A stretch of DNA of 64,000 nucleotides. Origin: Oscillospiraceae bacterium. Its GTDB lineage: Bacteria > Bacillota > Clostridia > Oscillospirales > Ruminococcaceae. Position 1 is the stretch's first letter. Each line of letters starts with the position of its first letter. This document shows, in pieces, positions 43,678 through 51,970 of the stretch. The notes under the pieces are model-generated. The model was given only the letters and a program-made list of their open reading frames with translations, was not told the DNA's origin and searched no databases. The stretch covers positions 17,332 through 81,331 of the forward strand of contig CACXEO010000080.1 of assembly GCA_902766785.1 (NCBI GenBank), read 5' to 3'. A program made the translations under genes and the position numbers.

Positions 43678-43875
43678 CACTCTGCTTTTCAAAAATTTAG
43701 TTTGGTTGAATGCTGTTATGCTGCGCTGTTTGCAGAATCGGTGCGGTTTTGCTTTCCCGGTCCGCCGCGGCCCATTCCATAAAGGGTCCTCCTCCAAAAA
43801 GGCACCGGAATCAAAGCCGTTTTGGCCGGTCTTTCACACAATAATAGTATAAACGGCTTTCCTTTTTCCGTCAAA

Positions 43876-43907
43876 TTAAAAAGGCCCTCCTTGGGAGGGC
43901 CTTTTTG
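43876..43907 (-). terminator. Bidirectional terminator 3' of floT.
   Basis: AAAAAGGCCCTCC-TTG-GGAGGGCCTTTTT. Confidence 0.8.
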
Positions 43908-43918
43908 GTATATGATTT

Positions 43919-45331
43919 TTAGTTTTTATCTGTTGACGAGATATCGACAAACTTTGATTTATCCGGGTCTTTATCGGCTTTCTTGCCGAGAAATTCCGGA
44001 AGCTCCATCCCCGCCATATTAAACAGCTCACTCATTGGAGGAATGGATTTCATCATGCTGGACACAAAATTCGCCGTACTGGAAGCCCCGTCTTTGCCGC
44101 CTAAGCTGTCCCAGACAGTGACCTTGTCGATCTTCAGGTTCTGGATGGCCTCAACCTGGGTCTTGACCAGCTCTTCCAGCTTGTCGGCAATCATCAGCCT
44201 CATGGCGTCGTTTGCATTGCCGCCAGCCGCTGCAACAATCTGGGAAAGACCGGAGGCCTGCTTGGTGAGCATTTCCTGTACACCGCGGGCTTCCGCTTCC
44301 ATTTTGGCATAGATCGCGTCTGCTTCACCCTTGGCACGGCGGCGAATCTGCTCAGCTTCGGCTTCAGCCTGAAGTTCCATTCTGCGTTTCTCAATTTCCG
44401 TTTTAACAATGATATCGGCTTCCTGCGTGGCCCTTTCACGGGCGGCACGGGCCTGCTCAGCCTCCTGCTCGGCCACATAAGCTTCCTGAAGCGCCCTTGC
44501 CGATTGGATCTTCTCAGCGGCAGTCGCGCGGCGCTGAGCGTCAGCGGCTTTTTCTGTCAAGGTTGCGTTGGACTCGGCAATTTGAGCTTTCGCCTCATTT
44601 TCACCCTTAATTGCTTCAGAATCGGCCAACGAAACCTGCACCCTCTGTTCACGGTAAGCGTTCGCTTCACCAATGGCACCCGACCGGTCGGCTTCCGCAA
44701 CTGAAATTTTCGCGTCGTTAATAGCTTTTGCGGCCGCCTCTTTACCAAGAGCGGAAATGTACCCGGACTCATCGGTAATATCGGTGACGTTTACGTTGAT
44801 CAGCCGCAGGCCAATTTTTTTGAGCTCCGACTCAACGTTATTGGATACAGCGGCAAGGAATTTGTCGCGGTCGGTGTTGATCTCTTCAATCTCCATGGTG
44901 GCAATGACCAGGCGCAACTGACCGAAGATGATATCCTTCGCAAGCTCCTGGATTTCATTCAGTTTCAGGCCGAGCAGGCGCTCCGCGGCGTTCTGCATAA
45001 CACCGGGCTCCACTGAGATGCCTACGGTAAAACGGGACGGAACGTCAATACGGATGTTCTGCTTGGACAGGGCGTTTTTCAGGTCTACCGAAATTGAAAG
45101 CGGGGTCAAATCCAGGTATTCATATGCCTGGAGGACCGGCATGATAAACGCCGCGCCGCCATGGATACACTTAGCGCTGCGGTAAGTGCCGTCCTTATTG
45201 GAGCCGACCTTACCATAAACCACCAAAATTTTATCGGACGGACATTTACGGTACCGGGACAGAATGACGATAATTGTGGTCAGCACCAGAACGGCGATAA
45301 CCGAAACTAAAATAACTATGACTGGATCCAT
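43919..45331 (-). CDS. floT: Flotillin (SPFH/band-7; FloT/YuaG-like) with a long Ala/Glu-rich coiled coil.
   Basis: 470 aa. N-terminal TM, an SPFH domain, and EA-repeat coiled coil (AEQEAEQARAARERATQEAD...). Confidence 0.85.
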   Translation of the reverse strand: MDPVIVILVSVIAVLVLTTIIVILSRYRKCPSDKILVVYGKVGSNKDGTYRSAKCIHGGAAFIMPVLQAYEYLDLTPLSISVDLKNALSKQNIRIDVPSRFTVGISVEPGVMQNAAERLLGLKLNEIQELAKDIIFGQLRLVIATMEIEEINTDRDKFLAAVSNNVESELKKIGLRLINVNVTDITDESGYISALGKEAAAKAINDAKISVAEADRSGAIGEANAYREQRVQVSLADSEAIKGENEAKAQIAESNATLTEKAADAQRRATAAEKIQSARALQEAYVAEQEAEQARAARERATQEADIIVKTEIEKRRMELQAEAEAEQIRRRAKGEADAIYAKMEAEARGVQEMLTKQASGLSQIVAAAGGNANDAMRLMIADKLEELVKTQVEAIQNLKIDKVTVWDSLGGKDGASSTANFVSSMMKSIPPMSELFNMAGMELPEFLGKKADKDPDKSKFVDISSTDKN

Positions 45332-46005
45332 TGAGAAATACCCCCTCTGTTATTTGTTTTTTCGTCCGGCAGTTCGACCAAAACCGTCTGCTCGTCTACC
45401 ACGCCACAAACGCGGATTAACGCACCGGTCTTAATCTGCTGTGCGGCCTTTGTCACCGCGTCCAGTTCCACCAGACGTTCCTGCAGCATCACTGTAACCT
45501 TCCCCTGGCCTCCTTCCTTTGGTGGAACGGGGAGGTATACCTTACCAGTTTTCCCCACCGCGTTCCTAATATCAAGATTTCCTCTATCCTGAAGCTTTAA
45601 AGCCGCTTTAAACATATATGCAACCCCCACCAAAGCGGCTGTGCCGGCGGCAAAAGCAATAACAACTGCCCAAAACGGGCCGGTGTACTTGACCAAAGCA
45701 AGGCCCAGCCAGCCGCCGACCGCAAAAAATGCAACCAGGCCCCGGATGGTAAACAGCGAAAGGCCGCTGTCAGCGTCGGCAACATCGTGCATATCCATAT
45801 GACCAGCGTCCCCGGCTGAACCGGCGTCAAAATCCGCGCTGAGATCAGTATCCAAGCCCCCCGCGTCGGCTTCGCCGCCGCCGAACCCAATGCCGAACAA
45901 CAGCAGGATGGACTGAATGACCAGCACCACCGTAGCCGCAATTGCAATACATGCAAATACCTGTTCCAGAATGGTCAGACTGTTCCACCAAGCCAACATT
46001 TCCAT
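45316..46005 (-). CDS. nfeD: NfeD-like membrane protein (YuaF-like) with a C-terminal OB-fold. Overlaps floT by 16 nt.
   Basis: 229 aa. Two membrane segments, an acidic linker, and a C-terminal beta-barrel region (KVTVMLQERLVELDAVTKAAQQIKTGALIRVCGVVDEQTVLVEL). Confidence 0.7.
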   Translation of the reverse strand: MEMLAWWNSLTILEQVFACIAIAATVVLVIQSILLLFGIGFGGGEADAGGLDTDLSADFDAGSAGDAGHMDMHDVADADSGLSLFTIRGLVAFFAVGGWLGLALVKYTGPFWAVVIAFAAGTAALVGVAYMFKAALKLQDRGNLDIRNAVGKTGKVYLPVPPKEGGQGKVTVMLQERLVELDAVTKAAQQIKTGALIRVCGVVDEQTVLVELPDEKTNNRGGISQWIQS

Positions 46006-46057
46006 TTCTCCTTTCTTCCGCCGTATCTGTCCGCCAAGCGGTTTATAACACTGTTCA

Positions 46058-46624
46058 TCACTCGCCTATATCCTGCAAAACCGTTTCGCAGAGGCGGTCA
46101 GCCCGTTTTTTTACAATTGCAGAGGCATAATAAATTAATATGATTTCCATCCCGTTAATTAGACGTTCCCGCGCGCCGGGGAAAGGCTCGCAATAGTCGG
46201 ATATTTCTCCGGCAATCATCCTGCGGAATTCCTCGTCGGACAAAATCGTCTCGTAATCCACCCGGTCCAAAATGGCGCAAAGATAATAATAAAGCCGCGC
46301 TTCTGATACAACGTTATCCTGTTCGTTCCCCGCCTCCCCGTTAATGTAGGTGAGCAGGGATGCGATCGTTTCAAGCTTCATAACGCCGCGCAGCATATTG
46401 ATGATGATAATCCGGGCAAGATGATCCACGCCATAGCGCTTATCCACAGGCTTCTGAACCCATCCGCGGTTGACCCAGTTCTGGATTGCCGGCGTTTCAA
46501 GTCCGGTTATTTCGCGCACCTGGGCAAGCATCAGCCCTTTGGTTACAGTACAGACGCCGAACAAAAACTCTTCCGCGTTCTGGCCGTTCCGCTCTATGAC
46601 TGTTCCGGGAAAATACGTCTTCAT
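46058..46624 (-). CDS. DUF1836-family protein with a MerR-like N-terminal HTH. The start was refined to MKTYFPG, preceded by AGGAGGT.
   Basis: 188 aa. TVTKGLMLAQVREITGLETPAIQNWVNRGWV (HTH). It is the first gene of the floT operon. Confidence 0.5.
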   Translation of the reverse strand: MKTYFPGTVIERNGQNAEEFLFGVCTVTKGLMLAQVREITGLETPAIQNWVNRGWVQKPVDKRYGVDHLARIIIINMLRGVMKLETIASLLTYINGEAGNEQDNVVSEARLYYYLCAILDRVDYETILSDEEFRRMIAGEISDYCEPFPGARERLINGMEIILIYYASAIVKKRADRLCETVLQDIGE

Positions 46625-46656
46625 ATCGGCACCTCCTACTCTGCTGTTATGATTAT

Positions 46657-46676
46657 AGCAAACATTCAATTGAATG
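46657..46676. promoter_or_regulatory. 14-bp perfect palindrome CATTCAATTGAATG upstream of the DUF1836-nfeD-floT operon (candidate operator).
   Basis: Read directly in the sequence, about 35 bp upstream of the DUF1836 start. Confidence 0.4.
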
Positions 46677-46848
46677 TCAATAAGGTTCCTTAGAAATTTT
46701 ACAAAACCTATAACAACAATCACCTTCATAAACTCAAGTCATTAGATTCAAAGCCTGTACCAGACCAGCCGAGTGCAGTTTATATACACAATATCATTTC
46801 TACACTTAACCAGTAAGTTTTTCCTGCATTTTTACAAATTTCTTATTT

Positions 46849-47112
46849 TCAGTCAACTTTAGCAGAATAAAGGAAGTCGCCGGGTTTTGCCTCCGCCAGC
46901 CTTTTGATACAGCGCTCACAAATGAAATATTCGCCGATCCGCACCAAGCCGGAAGCGGCATTGCAGATGATACACCCGTCAACTGCCTTCCTGATTACAA
47001 TTTCCTGATACGCCAGTTCCACCTGTAACTCGTCTTGCTCCCCCAGCTCCAGGTATTCCCTTATAATTTCAGGCAGTGTAATACGCCCCTGGGAATCCAT
47101 TTTTATCCGCAT
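46849..47112 (-). CDS. AbrB/MazE/SpoVT-type swapped-hairpin DNA-binding domain fused to a C-terminal CxxC...CxxC zinc ribbon.
   Basis: 87 aa. MRIKMDSQGRITLPEIIREYLELGEQDELQVELAYQEIVIRKAV followed by CIICN...CERC. Confidence 0.5.
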   Translation of the reverse strand: MRIKMDSQGRITLPEIIREYLELGEQDELQVELAYQEIVIRKAVDGCIICNAASGLVRIGEYFICERCIKRLAEAKPGDFLYSAKVD

Positions 47113-47231
47113 AGCAATACCTCCCGCTAAATATTACGAACCCAACATGGGTTCATAATTACATATTAGCATATAGCGAACCTAAAATAAACCTATAGTA
47201 GGTTCTTGATGGGTTCTTTTAGGAGGCAGCT

Positions 47232-47417
47232 ATGAAGAAGAACGAAAAGCATTTATCTCTCAGAATTGATGCTGACTTGCTGCAAAAGTTTAGTTATGTA
47301 GCCAAGTATGATGACCGCTCTATGAATTGGATGCTTTTAAACTTTGTTCGAAGATGTATTGACGAGTTTGAAAGAGAACACGGTAAAATACCCGAAAATT
47401 TAGAAAACAAAAATTAA
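47232..47417 (+). CDS. Small ribbon-helix-helix (CopG/Arc-like) protein.
   Basis: 61 aa. LSLRIDADLLQKFSYVAKYDDRSMNWMLLNFVRRCIDEF. Strong RBS AGGAGG and an immediate terminator. Confidence 0.5.
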   Translation: MKKNEKHLSLRIDADLLQKFSYVAKYDDRSMNWMLLNFVRRCIDEFEREHGKIPENLENKN

Positions 47418-47444
47418 AGGCGAGGACAGTTGTCCTCGCCTTTC
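47418..47444 (+). terminator. Terminator hairpin directly after the RHH gene.
   Basis: AGGCGAGGACA-GT-TGTCCTCGCCT followed by TTTCAT. Confidence 0.6.
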
Positions 47445-47446
47445 AT

Positions 47447-47752
47447 AACCCCCAGCCGCCTGACGATGACAGCCCCTTACAAAAGGGGGCTTGGAGCGTT
47501 CAATTAAAACACGTACGGCCAAAAACATGTGGAAAGAAACCATGTACGATTCGCAAATTGCCCGCCGGGATTCCCTGCATCCTCCTTTTGTAAGGAGGCG
47601 GCACACGGAGTGCGGCGGAGGATTGCCTATAAGGAACATGGCGTCTCGCGGGCGGAAAACGTTTTTCCTTTTCTCACCTTCAATGCGCGGATTGTCTTGC
47701 CCGGCCACGGGCAAACCCTGACGAAGGGGTGCCGTCCGTACCCCAGGCAGAA
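47447..47752. ncRNA. Candidate structured noncoding region of about 300 nt between two convergent terminators. Family and strand are unknown.
   Basis: No credible ORF. Multiple GC-rich local hairpins (AGCCCC-TTACAAAA-GGGGCT; CCTCCTT-TTGT-AAGGAGG; TTGCCCG-GCCA-CGGGCAA) and long-range complementarity (GCATCCTCC...GGAGGATTGC). Confidence 0.3.
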
Positions 47753-47753
47753 T

Positions 47754-47788
47754 CAAAAAACACGCTGTATAAAACAGCGTGTTTTTTG
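47754..47788 (-). terminator. Bidirectional terminator ending the ydjH-like operon.
   Basis: AAAAAACACGCTGT-ATAAA-ACAGCGTGTTTTTTG. The minus-gene stop overlaps the T-run. Confidence 0.85.
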
Positions 47789-47789
47789 A

Positions 47790-48623
47790 TTAAAATCCCC
47801 TCGTGCCGCCGCCATGGGTACGGCCGCTGCTTGAGGTATGGGTGGAACTTCTTCCGGAAAACCCACCCGATGAGCGGGAACCGCCCGAAGGAGGATTTGA
47901 GTTAATCCTCCGGCTGGTGACCGTCTGGTTGATGAAAACATCTTCGCTTCTGGTGAGCTTTATCTCGCTCTTTTCACGGAAAGGATAGCTGTTCCGGTCC
48001 GCTTTTTTCCGATAGCGGACAAAGACGACGGCACAGCAGACCACACCGGCCGCAACGGCGATCAGTGCAAAAATGAAAATCTCCTGAACGGAGAGGCTTT
48101 TTTCCCGGGTTATCTTGCCGGTTTCCGTATCATAGTTGTGCTGGTCACTGGGAATCCCGGTTTTCATATACTCCTCAGCGCCGTCCAGAAAAGCTTTTGC
48201 CGCCCCGGCGTAATCACCGCCGCTGACATAGCCGTAGGCTCGGTCTAAAAGGGCTTCAATCCGCTCATCAGTAAAATACCGCACGCCGTCCGCATGGGTC
48301 GAAATACCGAGATTGCGGTTATCCATGTCGATCAGGAACAAAACGCCGCTGTCATCCCCGCCCGCGCCGTATCCATGAAAATCATAATAATCGTCAGCGT
48401 AGGCCTGGGTATCCTTCCCCTGCGCGTCATCTGTTGTGACAAAGACAAAATCCATGTTGGGATAAGTTTCACAAAGCGCGGCGATCTGCTCTTCCAGCCC
48501 GTCTGCCTCTTCGTCCGTCAGAAACCCTGCTTCATCTATAACACGGGGCTCTGCCGCAGCAGCCGGGAGGACAAAAAAGATTATCAGAAGCAAGGAGAGG
48601 CCATAACCGATCAAACGTTTCAT
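47790..48623 (-). CDS. ydjH: TPM-domain membrane protein (B. subtilis YdjH-like) with a Gly/Ser-rich C-terminal tail.
   Basis: 277 aa. Signal/TM, then a TPM domain (IDEAGFLTDEEADGLEEQIAAL...FVFVTTDD...GVLFLIDMDNRNLGISTHADG), a second TM, and a GGSRSSGGFSGRSS tail. Overlaps the next gene by 4 nt (ATGA). Confidence 0.65.
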   Translation of the reverse strand: MKRLIGYGLSLLLIIFFVLPAAAAEPRVIDEAGFLTDEEADGLEEQIAALCETYPNMDFVFVTTDDAQGKDTQAYADDYYDFHGYGAGGDDSGVLFLIDMDNRNLGISTHADGVRYFTDERIEALLDRAYGYVSGGDYAGAAKAFLDGAEEYMKTGIPSDQHNYDTETGKITREKSLSVQEIFIFALIAVAAGVVCCAVVFVRYRKKADRNSYPFREKSEIKLTRSEDVFINQTVTSRRINSNPPSGGSRSSGGFSGRSSTHTSSSGRTHGGGTRGF

Positions 48624-49675
48624 AACAGGTACCCTCCCAACCCCAGCAGAAGAAAAAGCCCTGCCGCAACAGAACCGAACAAAATTGCAAGCCGTTTCCA
48701 GCTGACCGGCAGCCTGCCGCAGACTTTTCCGTTCTGTCCATTCATCACATAATAGTAAAGCTCATCATTTCGGCGGTAAGTTAAAGCCCAAACCGGGAGA
48801 AGGACGTACTGCGCATCCTCCCTTTCGGGCTTTATACTGGTGTTTTGAAGCTGAACCGCTGTATACCCGGTCATGGTTCCCCGCAGCAGGGCTTGGGTGT
48901 ATTCATTTATGTCATACTGCGCTTCTTTAAAAACCGCATCTTTATCAATATCCCTTTTTTCGGCCTGAAAGCCGGAAAGGTAAGCCATGGTAAAGTCCTG
49001 TACCGCCCCGCTGTCAAAAGGCTGAATCCCCTCTGCCAGCTCCCGGTTTGCCTTGGTCAGCGCGTTTTTCAGCAAATCCCTGTACCGGATTTTCCCCTCC
49101 CGCACCAGGCGGTAAAAGCTGGTTTGGGTATATTCGGTGTTACCGGTGCGCCAGACCAGCACCTTCTGGGCGGACGCCTCTACAGCCGCATCCACAGTGC
49201 AGTCCAGGATCCAATAAGGGTAATAAACACCGGTCAGTTTTTCAAGCTGCGCTTCGCTGAAAAAATCCCTTGGGACAAAGCGTTTCTTTTTTATCCAGGA
49301 AAGGAATTCTTGCACCGCCTCCTCCCGGCTGATCCGGAACGGAACAACCTTATCCGGGCGGAAAGCGCCGTCCAGCCGTCCGGAGAGGACAACCGGATTA
49401 TGGCAGTAAAAGCAGGTGGTAGCGGCCGTTGTGGAATCGGTTACGATTTCCGCACCGCAGCTGGGGCAGACAAAGAACGCCGCCTCACCTTCCACCGCTT
49501 CATGTTTTTCCTCTGCCTGCGGCTCTGCCGTCTCAGCGCTGCTTTCGTCCTGCTTTTTCAGGTCTTCTTCCGCAAAGAAGGAGCCGCAGTAATGGCAGGC
49601 AAACCTCTGTGCAGTCGGGTCAAAGACCAGTTCGCCGTCGCAGTTGGGGCATTTATAGGTCACAACCGAAGCCAA
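48620..49675 (-). CDS. ydjG: Double zinc-ribbon protein with a C-terminal TM helix (B. subtilis YdjG-like).
   Basis: 351 aa. CPNCDGELVFDPTAQRFACHYCG and CPSCGAEIVTDSTTAATTCFYCHNP, with a C-terminal LAILFGSVAAGLFLLLGLGGYLL. Confidence 0.6.
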   Translation of the reverse strand: MASVVTYKCPNCDGELVFDPTAQRFACHYCGSFFAEEDLKKQDESSAETAEPQAEEKHEAVEGEAAFFVCPSCGAEIVTDSTTAATTCFYCHNPVVLSGRLDGAFRPDKVVPFRISREEAVQEFLSWIKKKRFVPRDFFSEAQLEKLTGVYYPYWILDCTVDAAVEASAQKVLVWRTGNTEYTQTSFYRLVREGKIRYRDLLKNALTKANRELAEGIQPFDSGAVQDFTMAYLSGFQAEKRDIDKDAVFKEAQYDINEYTQALLRGTMTGYTAVQLQNTSIKPEREDAQYVLLPVWALTYRRNDELYYYVMNGQNGKVCGRLPVSWKRLAILFGSVAAGLFLLLGLGGYLL

Positions 49676-49721
49676 ACCGTCTCACACCCCCCGTTCGTCT
49701 TCATCTCAGGGATCACTTTTC

Positions 49722-51029
49722 TCATTTACGATCCTCCGGGCCGATCGGATCGCCGCACTCGGGGCAGAACTTGGGAATCGGCAGAGACATATCCGGCTCA
49801 TAGCCGCATTTATCACATTTAATTTGTGTGGAATCCGGTTTTGCCTTGCCGCATTCCGAACAGAATTTGCCGCTGTTTTTACTCCCGCAGCTGCAAACCC
49901 AGCTGTTATCCTCCGGCTTCGGCTTGCCGCACTCGCTGCAAAACTTCCCCGTATTTACAGCGCCGCATCCGCATTTCCAGCCCTCGGCAGCAGGAACCGG
50001 CGGCACAGCCGGCGCCGCCGCTCGGTTCGCCGCCATCTGCTGCTGGTTGGACTGGGACGCCGCGCCCATAAATCCGCCGCCGGCCTGCATTCCAACGCCC
50101 ATCCCCATGAACCCGGCCATACTGCCGTTTGCGTTGGAGCCCGCCGCCTCCATGCCGCGCGCTACCGCACCCTGGACGTATCCTTCCCGGACGTTCGGGT
50201 CGCCCAGCATCGCGCCCTGGTTGCGCATGTTAATCAGCTTCTGCGACCCCTCGTCATATGAAATACTTGCAATGCCGACCGACTGAACCTCCATCCCGCG
50301 GAGCTGGTTCCAGCTCTCGTCCAGGATGGTGCTCATATACTGGCTGAGCTCCCTTCCTTTAGAGGGGACGAAGGAGATCCGGACGCCGTCGGCAGACATC
50401 TGGTTGATCGCCGCCTGAAGGGCTTCCAAAAACTCTGAAAAATACTGTTCGTTAATGTCGTTAATATCCACGATATCCCGGTCACGGGGAATCGCCTCGC
50501 TGTAAAACTTAATCGGATCCTTGATTTTAATCGAATAGGTTCCATGGGTGCGCAGAAACAGCTCAGCGTTATAAAAATTGTCAAAGTAATTGATTGGGTT
50601 CCGGGTACCGAACTTGATCCCCTTGATCTCCTGCAAATTGATATAATAAACCTTCTGGAGCGTCGGGGTTACGCCGCCGTACTTGAAACGGCTGAATGAT
50701 TCCTTGAGGGTGTCGCCAAACTGGCCGTTGAAAAGGGAAGGCAGGGAGGAATTGTTGACGGTGTAGTACCCTTCCTCCGCTGTGTAGTCTACGATTTTCC
50801 CGCCGTCTACCAGCATCATGAACTGGTTCGGATAAACATGGATGACCGAACCGTTTGAAACGGTGTTGTCCGTCCCCTTGGTGTTGCTGTTACGGCCATC
50901 CCCCCGGCGCACCTTGACTCCGCTTGTAAACACGGTTGTATCGCTCATCCGGTCGGGCTCTAAAACCTCCAGCCACTGGTCAGCCAGCCCGCCTCCGACA
51001 GCGCCGGCTAACGCTTTGATCATTCCCAT
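49722..51029 (-). CDS. ydjI: YdjI-like SPFH-superfamily (virion-core-like Band_7_1) protein with C-terminal tandem zinc ribbons. In B. subtilis this family is a PspA membrane-anchoring partner.
   Basis: 435 aa. MGMIKALAGAVGGGLADQWLEVLE..., RRGDGRNSNTKGTDNTVSNGSVIHVYPNQFMMLVDGGKIV, a Gly/Met-rich linker, and GWKCGCGAVNTGKFCSECG...WVCSCGSKNSGKFCSECG...CDKCG...CPECG. Confidence 0.8.
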   Translation of the reverse strand: MGMIKALAGAVGGGLADQWLEVLEPDRMSDTTVFTSGVKVRRGDGRNSNTKGTDNTVSNGSVIHVYPNQFMMLVDGGKIVDYTAEEGYYTVNNSSLPSLFNGQFGDTLKESFSRFKYGGVTPTLQKVYYINLQEIKGIKFGTRNPINYFDNFYNAELFLRTHGTYSIKIKDPIKFYSEAIPRDRDIVDINDINEQYFSEFLEALQAAINQMSADGVRISFVPSKGRELSQYMSTILDESWNQLRGMEVQSVGIASISYDEGSQKLINMRNQGAMLGDPNVREGYVQGAVARGMEAAGSNANGSMAGFMGMGVGMQAGGGFMGAASQSNQQQMAANRAAAPAVPPVPAAEGWKCGCGAVNTGKFCSECGKPKPEDNSWVCSCGSKNSGKFCSECGKAKPDSTQIKCDKCGYEPDMSLPIPKFCPECGDPIGPEDRK

Positions 51030-51068
51030 CTGATGTTCCTCCTGTCTCTTGATTTACTGTTTATTTCA

Positions 51069-51096
51069 AGGGCGTTCCGCAAAACGGAAACGCCCT
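51069..51096 (-). promoter_or_regulatory. Hairpin between the lead gene and the ydjI-like gene (possible attenuator or processing stem).
   Basis: AGGGCGTT-CCGCAAAACGGA-AACGCCCT, immediately 3' of the stop of the 51098-51853 gene. Confidence 0.35.
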
Positions 51097-51097
51097 T

Positions 51098-51853
51098 CTA
51101 GCGCACCTCGTAATAGCGGTTAATGGTCCACGCGTATTCGTTGACCTCTTCCACAGCACCTCCACAGTATTCACAGACTTTTACACCCAGCCCCGTAACC
51201 GGTGCGCCGCAGCTGGGGCAGGTCAGCCCCGCTGCCTTGCCGCCTGAAACTGCGCCGTATTTTGCGGCGTCCTGAATATAGACAAGCTCCGTGTTATACT
51301 TTGTCTGAACCGTTTGTTCCCTGTCGCCAGAGACCAAGGCGCCGTCTTTTTCCGTAAAATAACGGTGACCCACGGCGCTCTGCAACGTTACGGTACAGCA
51401 CCCGCCGCCCTTTCGGTAGCCCGAAATTTCGGTTTGATGGATCTGGACGTCCAGATATTGCCGCCGGAGGCCGTTTCGCCGGTCTTCCTGAATCCCGAGC
51501 GAGACTTGCTTTTTCAGCTCCGCAGAGGCGTTTGTCAAAAGATCCGGATTCTGCTCAGACACTGCCGCAAAGGCCGACTTCAGCATGTTTTCAGCCTTTT
51601 GCTTAAACTCCCCATAGTGGAACGCAGGAAAATCCTCCGCAATTTGCGGCAGGTAAATTTTTGTCATGCCGGAAACCGATTTAGGCGTTTCTGAAAGCCT
51701 CTCACGCTGGAGTTCGAACCCTTTCAAAAGGGAGTCCGTTCCAAACGCGGAACGGGAAAACCGCCGCAGCTTCCGCACTCCTGCATAAACCAAAATGGCT
51801 CCTGCCGTTACAACGACCACCGCCGCAACTGCCAAATAAACAAACCACTCCAT
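51098..51853 (-). CDS. Hypothetical N-terminally TM-anchored protein with a C-terminal zinc ribbon (possible Tim44-like middle domain). It is the first gene of the ydjI/G/H-like operon.
   Basis: 251 aa. FVYLAVAAVVVVTAGAILVYAGV TM, and a C-terminal CPSCGAPVTGLGVKVCEYCGG. Extended -10 TGTATAAT upstream at about 51895. Confidence 0.4.
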   Translation of the reverse strand: MEWFVYLAVAAVVVVTAGAILVYAGVRKLRRFSRSAFGTDSLLKGFELQRERLSETPKSVSGMTKIYLPQIAEDFPAFHYGEFKQKAENMLKSAFAAVSEQNPDLLTNASAELKKQVSLGIQEDRRNGLRRQYLDVQIHQTEISGYRKGGGCCTVTLQSAVGHRYFTEKDGALVSGDREQTVQTKYNTELVYIQDAAKYGAVSGGKAAGLTCPSCGAPVTGLGVKVCEYCGGAVEEVNEYAWTINRYYEVR

Positions 51854-51970
51854 TTTTCATGCTCCCAAACCTGTATATAAAACTAGTGTCATTATACAAT
51901 GAAACAGCAAAACCGTCCAGTATAATCCCGCCTAAACCTATGCAGAAAACCAGGTAAAAATCACCATCCT

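Noticed and set aside
47491-47789. Short ORFs (76 aa, 86 aa, and 118 aa on the minus strand) inside the 47447-47789 region, considered as a possible missing toxin gene
   Set aside because: No RBS, Arg/Gly/Pro-rich junk composition, and mutually overlapping frames. The region is better explained as noncoding structured DNA.
47790-51853. Calling the YdjI-like cluster a phage-shock (psp) operon
   Set aside because: No PspA/IM30 coiled-coil protein is encoded in the cluster or anywhere in the window. Only the membrane partner genes are present, so the psp label would over-interpret it.
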